A DNA stretch of 54,028 bases from an uncultured Bdellovibrionales bacterium. GTDB taxonomy: Bacteria > Patescibacteriota > Minisyncoccia > Moranbacterales > UBA2206. Positions 7,523-18,524 of the stretch are shown piece after piece; the stretch's first letter is position 1, and the number at the start of each line of letters is the position of its first letter. Location: positions 47,557 to 101,584 of the forward strand of contig CAYTIK010000001.1 of NCBI GenBank assembly GCA_964438025.1, given 5' to 3'. Both the position numbers and the translations under genes were made by a program. Under the pieces are notes generated by a model, which saw nothing but the letters and a program-made list of their open reading frames with translations, searched no databases and had not been told where the DNA came from.

Positions 7523-9352
7523 TTATTCTACTGTCACACTTTTAGCTAGATTTCTAGGCTTGTCCACATCCAAACATCTAGCTATCCCAACATAGTAAGC
7601 AAATAATTGCAAGGGAATGACGGAAAGCAATGGCGTCAGCATTTCCAAGGTTTTGGGAATATACATGACATCATCCGCCAGTTTCTGAATTTTTTTATCG
7701 CCCTTGGTCGCGATGGCGATGATTTTTCCTCCGCGTGCTTTGAGTTCCTGGAGGCCGCTTAAATTTTTTTCATAGACACTGTCACTCGGAACGATGATTA
7801 TTGAAGGAAAATTACCATCAATGAGCGCAATCGGACCATGTTTCATCTCCCCTGATGGATAGCCTTCGGCATGGACATAAGAAATTTCTTTGATTTTCAA
7901 TGCGCCCTCCAAAGCGATGGGAAAATTATATTTTCGTCCGAGATACAGCATATCTTGATACTTGGCGTATTTTTTAGCAATTTTTTTAATGTCTTTATCT
8001 TGTTTTAATATTTCTTCGATCAACCGAGGAATCCTACTCAACTCTGCGGCAATTCTTTTGCCCATTGTCAGCGCCATATCTCTTTGACGTCCTAAAAACA
8101 AAGTCAGCAAGACAAAGATTACCAGCTGTGAAGTAAAGGCTTTAGTCGAAGCCACGCCGATTTCCGGTCCAGCATGATTATAAACTCCAGCATCCGTTTC
8201 CCGCGCAATAGTTGAACCGACCGTATTAACAATTCCCAATGCCAGTGCACCTTTGTTTTTTCCTTCCCGGATAGCCGCTAAAGTATCGGCGGTTTCACCT
8301 GATTGGGAAATGGCAATAATGGCCGTGTTTTTATCCAGTTGTGTTTTACGATAACGGAATTCGCTGGCATATTCCACTTCCACGGGAATCCCGGCGTACT
8401 CTTCCAGCATATACTCGCCGACAAGTCCCGCGTGATAAGAAGTCCCACAACTGACAATAATAATCCTTTCGATGTTCCGTAATTTTTCGGAAATATCTTT
8501 GAGTCCTCCTAACTTAGCCAAACCATCTTTGACAACCAACCGACCCCTTAATGCATCAGCAATGCTGGTCGGCTGTTCAAAAATTTCCTTGAGCATAAAA
8601 TGCGCAAAGCCTTGCTTCTCCGCTTTTTCCAAAGACCAATCCAATTCCGTCGCGTCCTTATTTACCACTTTGTTTTTCGCGTTAAAAATTTCGTAATTCT
8701 CCGGCGTGATAACCGCCATTTCCCCATCTTCCAAAAAAATAACTTTATTGGTATGCCGGATAATCGCCGATGCGTCCGAAGCCACAATATATTCCTCTTT
8801 TCCGATGCCTAAAATCAGCGGGCTACCTAATCTGGCAATAATAATTTTCTGTGGTTCTTTTTTATTGATAATGGCCAAGCCGTAAGTACCCTTGATAACT
8901 CTTAGAGTTTTAATGACGGCATTTTTAAAATCGGTTTTTTTATTGAATTCTTCAATCAAATGCGCGATAACTTCCGTATCCGTTTCAGAAGAAAATTTAT
9001 GTCCTTTTTTCTCAAGACTATCTTTGAGTTCTTGATAATTTTCCACTATCCCATTATGCACCAAAAGAATATCTCCCTTGCAATCGGAATGTGGATGAGA
9101 ATTTTTGTCGCACGGTTTGCCATGAGTCGCCCAGCGCGTATGGGCGATACCTAAAAAACTGGCAATTTCCTTGCCATTAATTTTCTTTTCCAATTCCGCG
9201 ATTTTCCCAACTGCCTTAAAAGTAAAGATATTTTTTCCTGCAAAAACAGAAATTCCAGCACTGTCATAACCACGATATTCCAACCTCTTTAAGCCTTCAA
9301 TTAGGATGGGAACGGCTTGTTGTTTGCCGATATAACCAATAATTCCACACAT
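7523..9352 (-). CDS. glmS: Glutamine--fructose-6-phosphate aminotransferase
   Basis: MCGIIGY N-terminal nucleophile, two SIS domains, C-terminal KSVTVE. Confidence 0.95.
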   Translation of the reverse strand: MCGIIGYIGKQQAVPILIEGLKRLEYRGYDSAGISVFAGKNIFTFKAVGKIAELEKKINGKEIASFLGIAHTRWATHGKPCDKNSHPHSDCKGDILLVHNGIVENYQELKDSLEKKGHKFSSETDTEVIAHLIEEFNKKTDFKNAVIKTLRVIKGTYGLAIINKKEPQKIIIARLGSPLILGIGKEEYIVASDASAIIRHTNKVIFLEDGEMAVITPENYEIFNAKNKVVNKDATELDWSLEKAEKQGFAHFMLKEIFEQPTSIADALRGRLVVKDGLAKLGGLKDISEKLRNIERIIIVSCGTSYHAGLVGEYMLEEYAGIPVEVEYASEFRYRKTQLDKNTAIIAISQSGETADTLAAIREGKNKGALALGIVNTVGSTIARETDAGVYNHAGPEIGVASTKAFTSQLVIFVLLTLFLGRQRDMALTMGKRIAAELSRIPRLIEEILKQDKDIKKIAKKYAKYQDMLYLGRKYNFPIALEGALKIKEISYVHAEGYPSGEMKHGPIALIDGNFPSIIIVPSDSVYEKNLSGLQELKARGGKIIAIATKGDKKIQKLADDVMYIPKTLEMLTPLLSVIPLQLFAYYVGIARCLDVDKPRNLAKSVTVE

Positions 9353-9437
9353 ATTTTTAAGAATTACGAATTAGGAATTATGAATTAAGAATAAATTTTT
9401 AAAAATATTTGAATTTTTACTGCGGGGCACATATATT

Positions 9438-10091
9438 TTATTTATTTCCTTTTATTATTCTCAAAGCTTTCTTTAAATTTTTCGCCGTAAAGTTGCAATA
9501 ACAGTTTTTTTGGTCCCAATAGCGCCCTTCTGGTCTTTTGATCAAGATAGTTATTATCTCCGGCAAACATTTTTTTACTTCTTCTATATAATGAACGCGG
9601 TCATCCAAAAATAAATATTTTTCTTTTTTTCTAGAACAATCACTTTTGTTAATAATTTTTTTAATTTCTTGGGATTTAAATATTCTAGAAATTTTAACCA
9701 CACCAAAAAAGTGGCTGATTCCTGAATTATTTATTTTTTTCTTTTGAAAATTAGGATCGCCGTGAGAAATCAAAAAAAGTTCTTTGCGGGAAAAATTTTG
9801 AAGAAGCGATTCGACATCAGAAAAAACATATTTTCGGGTATCCTTCAGAAGATTTTGAATTTTTCTCTTGAGCGCTATCTCATCGAAAGAAATAATTTTA
9901 CCGATTTTTTTCAAATGTTCCTCCAAAATATAAATTGTTTCCGGAAAATTCTGGTTATTAGGAGGATAATTATAATAATTTCGAGTATAAATATCGTCTG
10001 CTATGCCGAATTGAGAAAAAATATTCTGAAAATCAGCCCTAAAATTCCGAGTATCAAAAAGCACATCGTCGAAATCAATAAAAATTTTCAC
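9438..10091 (-). CDS. HAD-superfamily hydrolase-like protein
   Basis: Motif I IFIDFDDVLFDT near the N-terminus; otherwise weak. Confidence 0.5.
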   Translation of the reverse strand: MKIFIDFDDVLFDTRNFRADFQNIFSQFGIADDIYTRNYYNYPPNNQNFPETIYILEEHLKKIGKIISFDEIALKRKIQNLLKDTRKYVFSDVESLLQNFSRKELFLISHGDPNFQKKKINNSGISHFFGVVKISRIFKSQEIKKIINKSDCSRKKEKYLFLDDRVHYIEEVKKCLPEIITILIKRPEGRYWDQKNCYCNFTAKNLKKALRIIKGNK

Positions 10092-11086
10092 CTCGTTAAA
10101 ATTTTAATGATTATTTTGGCCAACTTCTCGCCGTCATGGCGGATAAATGACCGATGCCGGGCAATGGCATCCAGCGCGTTGCCCTTTATCTTAACTACTT
10201 TTTTACTTAATAAGTCGGCACTAATTACTTTAAATTCTTTTTTTTCTTTCCCCCATAAAACCAGCGAGTTTTTTCCTTCTTGTTTCTCATATTTTTTTAT
10301 CAAATCGACAGTTGGTTTTTTATTATTAAAGAGAATCCGATTAATTCTATTTTCCCCAATGAGTTTGTTTATTTCTCCGGCATATCTATCCAAGTCAAAT
10401 CTTTCCGTCTGTCCTTTTTTATTGGTCAGATTACAGATAAAAATTACTGGTGCCTTAGCTTTTTTAACCGCTACACTAATCCCTTTTATTAAAAGATTGG
10501 GCAAAATAGAACCAAAAAAATCTCCTGGTCCGATAATGATAACATCCGCTTTTTTTATTGCCGAGATAGCTCGCAGGTTTGGTCGTACTTTTGATTTGAG
10601 ACCAATATTTTTAATCCCAATTCTCCGAATTTCTTCATTGCTGTCCAATTCCTTTTCTCCATTAAGAATCTTGCCATTTTTAAGTTTTATCAGCAGACGC
10701 ATATCGCCTTCTGACACTGGAATAATTTCTCCGTTAACTTTTAATATTTCTGAAGCAGCAATGATTCCTTTTAAAAAACTTCCATTTGTTTTTTCCAGCG
10801 CAGAAAGAAAAAGATTGCCAAAATTATGTCCTTTCAAATCTCCACTTTCAAACCGATAATTCATCAGTTCCCGCAAATTTTTCGGCGAATTAGATAAAGC
10901 TACCAAGCATTGGCGCACATCACCCGGCGGCAAAACGCCTAACTCATCGCGCAATCTTCCGGTCGAGCCGCCATCGTCCACCATCGAAACAATAGCCGAA
11001 ATGTTAACTGGATATTTTTTCAGGCCCGAAAGTAAAGTAAAGCTGCCTGTTCCGCCTCCAATAGTTACAACATTTTTCATTTTCAT
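10088..11086 (-). CDS. yvcK: YvcK/CofD-like gluconeogenesis factor family (UPF0052)
   Basis: VVTIGGGTGSFTLLSGLK, VSMVDDGGSTGRLRDELGVLPPGDVRQCLVALS. Confidence 0.85.
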   Translation of the reverse strand: MKMKNVVTIGGGTGSFTLLSGLKKYPVNISAIVSMVDDGGSTGRLRDELGVLPPGDVRQCLVALSNSPKNLRELMNYRFESGDLKGHNFGNLFLSALEKTNGSFLKGIIAASEILKVNGEIIPVSEGDMRLLIKLKNGKILNGEKELDSNEEIRRIGIKNIGLKSKVRPNLRAISAIKKADVIIIGPGDFFGSILPNLLIKGISVAVKKAKAPVIFICNLTNKKGQTERFDLDRYAGEINKLIGENRINRILFNNKKPTVDLIKKYEKQEGKNSLVLWGKEKKEFKVISADLLSKKVVKIKGNALDAIARHRSFIRHDGEKLAKIIIKILTR

Positions 11087-11826
11087 TAAGATTTTTTTCC
11101 GGCTACTTTTAAGTTTTTCTTTCCGCTTTTTTCGATTTTTATGCCGAATTTAGGCAATTCTTGCTCAGCTTTTTCCAAATCTTCCGGATTGCCAATCGGA
11201 TACCAGGCTCTGGCTTTTACCACTTTAATTTTATGGTCTTTAGACATCTGGGCTAAAGTTTGCGGCAAGCCTAACTCCCTGTCACCGGCTTTTTTGGGAA
11301 TCAAATCATATTCAAAAAATTTCTTGTTCAAAACAAAGGCGCCCGTATTTACCAATTTGTATTTATTATCTTTAGGGAATTCAATCACTTCAATCATATT
11401 TCCCTTTTTATCAGTTTTAATTACTCCGAAACGGCTAGGATTGTCTACCTTGAAGCCCAGAATTGAAAAATTATGCTTCAACATTTTTTTCAGATCTTGT
11501 TTATGGTAAAAATCATCTCCGTTCATCACGAAGAATTTATTTTTCAACATTCCCTTGGCCAGATGCAAGGCTCCACCGGTTCCATTAAGCTCTTTTTGGA
11601 AAATATATTTTATTTTTTTACCTTTAAAACAGCAACCGAAATAATTCATTATGCATTCTCCGTAATAGCCAACAATAAAAATAATCTCATCCACTTCTTT
11701 GGGCAAAATATCCAATTTATGTTCCAAAATCGGCTTGCCATCAATCTTGACCATTGGCTTAGGAATATTGTCAGTGAGGTGCAACATCCTCTTTCCCCGG
11801 CCCGCGGCTAAAATAACTGCTTGCAT
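11086..11826 (-). CDS. Sugar-phosphate nucleotidyltransferase
   Basis: MQAVILAAGRGKRM...PKPMV...GKPILEH signature. Confidence 0.85.
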   Translation of the reverse strand: MQAVILAAGRGKRMLHLTDNIPKPMVKIDGKPILEHKLDILPKEVDEIIFIVGYYGECIMNYFGCCFKGKKIKYIFQKELNGTGGALHLAKGMLKNKFFVMNGDDFYHKQDLKKMLKHNFSILGFKVDNPSRFGVIKTDKKGNMIEVIEFPKDNKYKLVNTGAFVLNKKFFEYDLIPKKAGDRELGLPQTLAQMSKDHKIKVVKARAWYPIGNPEDLEKAEQELPKFGIKIEKSGKKNLKVAGKKS

Positions 11827-11863
11827 GAAAATTAATTAAAAAATGAAAATGAAAAATAAAAAA

Positions 11864-14326
11864 TTAAATTACAATATTTATCAGCCGATTTTTAACAAAG
11901 ATGGTTTTTTTAATTTCTTTTCCGGAAAGATAATTTTGGATTTTTTGGCTTTTTTTAGCCAATTCTTTCGCCTCGGCTTCGGCTGTATCTACAGAAATTT
12001 TTATCCTATCCCGCACTTTTCCGTTGATCTGAACCACTAATTCTATTTCCTCATCCCGAATAAGCGCGGGATTATACTCCGGCCATTTTTGTTTGAAAAT
12101 ACTATCCTTATGCCCGAGTCTTAACCATAATTCTTCCGCCAGATGCGGTGCGAATGGCGCTAAAAGTTTCAAAAAATTTTCTAGCGCCCTTTGCGGCATT
12201 TCATTAAACTTGCTGGCAAAATTTACGAATATCATCATCTGGGAAATGGCCGTATTGAAACGCAGCTTTTCTATGTCTTCGGTTACTTTTTTTATAGTTT
12301 TATGCAGCATTTGTGGCAAGCCTGATTCTTTCATCTGACAATTCTCGCCTTGACAATCGTATAATTTTTTATCTTTTAATTTATAAACATTTTCCAAAAA
12401 TCTTTTTATCCCCACGATGCCTTGGGTGTTCCAAGGCTTAGCATCTTCCAATGGTCCCATAAACATTTCAAACATCCGCAAACTGTCGGCGCCGAATTTT
12501 TTAACCACTTCGTCCGGATTGACGACGTTACCCTTGGATTTCGACATTTTATTTCCATCTTCCGCCAAAATTATACCTTGATGGCGCAGTTTTAAAAAGG
12601 GTTCATCAAAATCAATATAACCCAAATTATGGAGCACTTTGGTAAAAAAGCGGGAATATAGAAGATGCAAGACGACATGTTCCGCTCCGCCGACATACAA
12701 ATCCACCGGCAGCCATTTTTTCAGCATTTTTTTGGAAGAAAATTCTTGAGTGTTCTGTGGATCGCTATAGCGGAAATAATACCAAGACGAGCAGACAAAA
12801 GTATCCATCGTATCCGATTCTCTTTCGGCTTTGGTGCCACAAATAGGACATACGACATCCTGGAATTTTTTAGAATACTTCAGTGGCGATTCTCCGGTCG
12901 GATTAAAATCCACATCACCTGGAAGTAAAACCGGCAAATCTTTTTCCGGAACGGGAACTTCGCCGCATTTTTTGCAATAAATGATCGGAATTGGAGCGCC
13001 CCAATAACGCTGTCGTGAAACCAGCCAATCGCGTAATTTATAATTTATCGTACCCTGGCCAATTCCCTCTTCTTCTAGCCATGCGGTTAATTTTTTTCGC
13101 GCTTCGGCTGAAGTTAAAAAATTATATTTTCCGGAATTATTCAAAACTCCGTCATCAATATAAGCTTCTTCTGCAATTGAAGATTTTTTGTCCACACTCT
13201 TAATAACTTCCTCAATTGGCAGATTAAATTTTTTGGCGAATTCCCAATCGCGTTGGTCGTGCCCTGGCACTGCCATGACCGCGCCCGTGCCGTAATGTGC
13301 CAACACAAAATCGCTAGCAAAAAGCGGGATGGATTTTTTAGTAAAAGGATTAATAATTTCAATGCCTTTAAGCTCGACTCCAGTTTTATCTTTGACTTCC
13401 GTTTGGCGCTGTAAATCAGTTTTTTTCTTGGCTTGCTGGATATATTTTTCTACTTCTGGCCAATTGGTAATTTGCGGTTTTAATTTTTGCACCAATCCGT
13501 GCTCGGGTGCAATTAAAGCAAACGTCATACCAAAAACCGTATCTAAACGAGTAGTAAAGACTTCCATCTTCAGATCGCTATTTTTTATCGACATTTTGAA
13601 TTGCGCGCCTTCACTTTTCCCAATCCAATTGCGCTGGCCAGCCTTAGTCGATTCCGGCCAATCGATTTTATCTAGACCGCTAAGCAACCCGGAAGTACGT
13701 ACCTCAGAGGCTTCTATAGAATCCTCTATAAAATCGGTTATCTTGAAATACCACTGCTCCAACTCTTTTTGCACGACTGGTTTACCGCAACGATCGCACA
13801 CTCCGCCTTCAGCTTGTTCATTAGCCAAAACCGTTTGGCAAGAATCGCACCAATTGACCTGGCCTTTCTTTTTATAAGCTAAACCATTTTTATAGAGCAG
13901 TAGAAAAAACCATTGTGTCCATTTATAATATTCCGGAGCGGAAGAATTGATTTCGCGCGACCAATCATACGAAAAGCCCATCATGTTCATCTGTTTTTTA
14001 AAGGTAGTGATGGCTTTTTTGGTCGTTTCCGCCGGATGTATCTTAGTCTTAATAGCGTAATTTTCCGCTGGTAAACCGAAAGCATCCCAGCCTTGTGAAT
14101 GTAAAACCTCGCAACCTTTCATCCTTAAGTAGCGAGAGACTATATCCGTGGCTGTGTAGCTTTCCACATGCCCCGTGTGCAGTCCTTCTCCCGAAGGATA
14201 AGGAAACATATCCAAGATATACTGCTTCTCCCCTTTTTTGGTTTCAGAGGCTTTATTTAAGCCAGAATCTTGTTCCCAAACTTCCTGCCATTTAGATTCA
14301 ATTTGTTTTGGATCGTATTTTTCCAT
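11864..14326 (-). CDS. leuS: Leucine--tRNA ligase
   Basis: HTGHV (HIGH), KMSKSKGN, CP1 editing domain; 820 aa. Confidence 0.95.
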   Translation of the reverse strand: MEKYDPKQIESKWQEVWEQDSGLNKASETKKGEKQYILDMFPYPSGEGLHTGHVESYTATDIVSRYLRMKGCEVLHSQGWDAFGLPAENYAIKTKIHPAETTKKAITTFKKQMNMMGFSYDWSREINSSAPEYYKWTQWFFLLLYKNGLAYKKKGQVNWCDSCQTVLANEQAEGGVCDRCGKPVVQKELEQWYFKITDFIEDSIEASEVRTSGLLSGLDKIDWPESTKAGQRNWIGKSEGAQFKMSIKNSDLKMEVFTTRLDTVFGMTFALIAPEHGLVQKLKPQITNWPEVEKYIQQAKKKTDLQRQTEVKDKTGVELKGIEIINPFTKKSIPLFASDFVLAHYGTGAVMAVPGHDQRDWEFAKKFNLPIEEVIKSVDKKSSIAEEAYIDDGVLNNSGKYNFLTSAEARKKLTAWLEEEGIGQGTINYKLRDWLVSRQRYWGAPIPIIYCKKCGEVPVPEKDLPVLLPGDVDFNPTGESPLKYSKKFQDVVCPICGTKAERESDTMDTFVCSSWYYFRYSDPQNTQEFSSKKMLKKWLPVDLYVGGAEHVVLHLLYSRFFTKVLHNLGYIDFDEPFLKLRHQGIILAEDGNKMSKSKGNVVNPDEVVKKFGADSLRMFEMFMGPLEDAKPWNTQGIVGIKRFLENVYKLKDKKLYDCQGENCQMKESGLPQMLHKTIKKVTEDIEKLRFNTAISQMMIFVNFASKFNEMPQRALENFLKLLAPFAPHLAEELWLRLGHKDSIFKQKWPEYNPALIRDEEIELVVQINGKVRDRIKISVDTAEAEAKELAKKSQKIQNYLSGKEIKKTIFVKNRLINIVI

Positions 14327-14450
14327 AATGGCGCTGAAATACCTATTTTAAAGCTTTTTTAGATTACCCTTTCACTTTACCTTATTTCGGGTTAATTTTC
14401 AACTTTTGGATTCTTTTGGCTCTTTTACTTTTTTTGCGCTTTTTTATCCA

Positions 14451-14503
14451 AAAAATAAAAAGACCTGGACATCTGTGAGTGGTGATTCACAAACATCCAG
14501 GCC
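14451..14503 (-). terminator. Strong hairpin plus T-run ending an unassigned minus-strand transcript upstream of leuS
   Basis: GGCCTGGATGT...ACATCCAGGTC-type stem, followed by TTTTTATTTTTT on the minus strand. Confidence 0.5.
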
Positions 14504-14869
14504 CTTATTCGAAAAAAGAGATTAGACTCTTTTTTCTGGGAAACGAAATCTCCAGATTTCCCATCCGCCCGTCAGAACAAAACAAAGTGGGAAGTAAAAC
14601 CATTTAATCCTCCATTTGCTTTTCAAAACAAAGCAAAAAATGCGATCGAAGGATCCGCTTAAGTCCTTCCGCGCGATATGCCACAATCGCTCTCGAGCTT
14701 TTTTATCATTGGCATATCTTTCGGTTACATGGAGACTTGCCTTAATAATTCTCCTGCCCTGGCAGCATCTTTTCCTAAAGCAAATGACAAAGAGTTGATA
14801 CTTTCTTCCTTTTTTCACAGATTCTCCTTTCTCAGGCTTCCAAAATAAAATTGCGTGAAAAAACAATCG

Positions 14870-15322
14870 CTAAGGAATAACTATGAACCCGACATTATCT
14901 CCGTCATCGACCAGCTTAGCGTAAATCAAAATTACTTCTTTATCTGGATATTTTGCCAAGATTTTTTCTTTGGCTTTTTGCAGTTCGTTTTCATGGAATT
15001 TTTGTTCCGCTTCAATATCTCCGTCAAATTTTTCCGCTCCGCCATAAGCTCCGCAATCAGCATGATTTACGATAATTATTTCCTCGGCATGATGTAAATC
15101 GCAAGGAACGCTGATACATTTAAGGGAAATATCGTCTTCGTTTTGGCATTCATTGATCGCTTTAGCCGCTCCAGGAAGTGAAGGAAAATCAAAATCTTGA
15201 ATCTTCAGTTCAGTTTCCGCAAAATCAACCGTCTCTCTCCAAAATCGAAAATCGATACAAGTTAGAAGAACTGCTTTACAATGGTGAATTCCCTTGTGCT
15301 TAAACGGATACTTTTTTGCCAT
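14870..15322 (-). CDS. Beta-carbonic-anhydrase-like superfamily protein
   Basis: CIDFRF ... HADCGAYGG resembles the CxDxR / HxxC zinc-ligand pattern. Confidence 0.45.
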   Translation of the reverse strand: MAKKYPFKHKGIHHCKAVLLTCIDFRFWRETVDFAETELKIQDFDFPSLPGAAKAINECQNEDDISLKCISVPCDLHHAEEIIIVNHADCGAYGGAEKFDGDIEAEQKFHENELQKAKEKILAKYPDKEVILIYAKLVDDGDNVGFIVIP

Positions 15323-15391
15323 AAATTTTTCTCTCCTTTTTAAATTTTAATTTTCAAACAACAACATTCAATAATATTCTAAAAAACCAAT

Positions 15392-15829
15392 TTAGTCAAT
15401 CTTCATCCCGTGCCGGCTGTGGTGTTTTTTAGCCACTTTAACCCGCGCCATTTCTTTTTCAATCGCCGCCGCCACACGCGCATAATCTGTTTCGTCCATC
15501 GACGCTTTTTGTTGCATCGCTTCCTGGGCCCGTTTCTTGGCTTCCTCTGCCCGCGTCAAATCAATTTCCTCCGCCATTTCCGCCGTATCCGCTAAAATCA
15601 CCATCTCATTTTTATTGAATTCCACAAAGCCGCCGGAAGTCGCCAAATTAAATTCCTTGTTTTCTTTTTTAATCATAATTTCCCCAGGCTTTAGTGAAGC
15701 GATATACGAACGGTGATTCGGCAAAATCGTCACTTCCCCGTCCGTCACCGGCAGCGTCGCTTGATCAATTTCCTCTTCTAAAACCGTCCGTTCGGGAGTA
15801 ATAATCTTAAATTTTATTCGTAAACTCAT
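15392..15829 (-). CDS. atpC: F1 ATP synthase epsilon subunit
   Basis: Position after atpD; typical ...TILPNH...L.PG.... Confidence 0.85.
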   Translation of the reverse strand: MSLRIKFKIITPERTVLEEEIDQATLPVTDGEVTILPNHRSYIASLKPGEIMIKKENKEFNLATSGGFVEFNKNEMVILADTAEMAEEIDLTRAEEAKKRAQEAMQQKASMDETDYARVAAAIEKEMARVKVAKKHHSRHGMKID

Positions 15830-15962
15830 AAAATTAATTTACAATTTTCAATTCACAATTTTCAATGAATTTTCAATTTTCAATTAAAAAAATTTGAAAA
15901 TTAAATCATTGTAAATTTATTGTAAATTGATCATTAATCATTGAAAATTCTGAAATCAAAAA

Positions 15963-17441
<1,479 letters not shown>

Positions 17442-18401
17442 CTAATTTTCTAACGCCGCTCTGCCAGCTGAAATTTCCGCAATTTCCTGCGTAATCTTCA
17501 TTTGCCTAATCTGGTTGAAAGCCAGCATCAAATCATCCGCCATTTCGTTGGCCGCGTCGGTCGCATTGCGCATGGCCAGCATCCGGGAAGCTTCTTTGGA
17601 AGCGTTGGATTCCAAAATCGCGTGATAAATCTGCATCTCAATCAGGCGCGGAAAAATAGATTGCAAAACTTCCTTGGGACTGGGTTCCACTTTATACTCC
17701 GTCGCCGGTTCCGTGAGTCCGTATTCCTTGCCTAAAACTGTCATCTCCGCGATTTGTTTTTCCAAATCTACTTTGGAAATAGGCAAGATCTGCCGGACTT
17801 TAGTAGTTTGCTTAATCGTTGAAAGAAAATCCGTATAAAAAATAACCACTTTGTCATATTTCTTGGCTACATATTCATCCATCGCCATCTTGGCAATATC
17901 CCGCGCATCAATCATCCGCGGCACGAACATCGATTCAGGGAGAGCGGCCACGATGGTCTTGCTCATTTTTTTCACCATATTCTCACCTTTGCGTCCGACA
18001 GTAATAAAATCAATCATTAATTTCTCGTCCGAAATGCTGGATTCGATTCTTTTTTCGCCCGCCCGGTTGATTTTTAAATTCTTGGGATTAGCCAATTCGT
18101 CTTTCACTTTTTTATAAATCTGGGAATTAAAAGAGCCGCATAATCCCCGGTTAGAAGTTATCAGAATCGCTAAAATATTTTTAACTTCGCGTACTTCTAA
18201 AAGCCCTTCTTGATACCGGCTAAAAGCTCTGGCCAGATTGGTCAAAATCCCCCAGGCGCTCTGCGCGTAAGGCCGGATTTGCAAAACACTAGCAATGGCT
18301 TTGCGCATTTTCGCCGCCGAAACCATTTCCATCGCCCGGGTAATCTTCCCCGTGTTTTTGGTGGACTTTATTCTTCTTTTGATATCTTTAACGCTGGGCA
18401 T
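17442..18401 (-). CDS. atpG: F1 ATP synthase gamma subunit
   Basis: Operon position, N-terminal IK.RI.S..NT.KIT.AM..VSAAK, C-terminal ITQEI.EI..GA.A. Confidence 0.9.
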   Translation of the reverse strand: MPSVKDIKRRIKSTKNTGKITRAMEMVSAAKMRKAIASVLQIRPYAQSAWGILTNLARAFSRYQEGLLEVREVKNILAILITSNRGLCGSFNSQIYKKVKDELANPKNLKINRAGEKRIESSISDEKLMIDFITVGRKGENMVKKMSKTIVAALPESMFVPRMIDARDIAKMAMDEYVAKKYDKVVIFYTDFLSTIKQTTKVRQILPISKVDLEKQIAEMTVLGKEYGLTEPATEYKVEPSPKEVLQSIFPRLIEMQIYHAILESNASKEASRMLAMRNATDAANEMADDLMLAFNQIRQMKITQEIAEISAGRAALEN

Positions 18402-18524
18402 AAATAGGAAATTTTATAATTTTTAATTTTGAATTTTGATTGAATTTTTAATGTTTTAATTTTTAAACATTCTATTATTCGAAATTGATTCGAAATTGTA
18501 AATTCGAAATTCAAAATTGCGCGT

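Noticed and set aside
9417-9429. TTACTGCGGGGCA as a solo arm of the GIY-YIG element
   Set aside because: Only about 11/13 matches and no inverted partner nearby. Too weak to call.
9353-9437. glmS ribozyme upstream of glmS
   Set aside because: The spacer is only about 85 nt and almost pure AT. There is no room for the ribozyme core and none of its conserved GC-rich helices.
9744-10859. 371-aa plus-strand ORF, the longest unexplained ORF in the track
   Set aside because: It lies antisense to the well-conserved yvcK-like and HAD genes. The protein is low-complexity and F/I/L/S-rich. This is typical of a shadow ORF in AT-rich DNA.
13329-13877. 182-aa plus-strand ORF
   Set aside because: It lies antisense to leuS and is a shadow ORF. 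The same applies to the other 60-130-aa ORFs nested in glmS, atpA, atpD, ileS, argS, glyQS and others.
14522-14866. 114-aa minus-strand ORF as a real protein
   Set aside because: Its composition (many W, C, R, F) is unlike every confident protein in the window, and it overlaps several strong hairpins. It is kept only as part of an unassigned-region finding.
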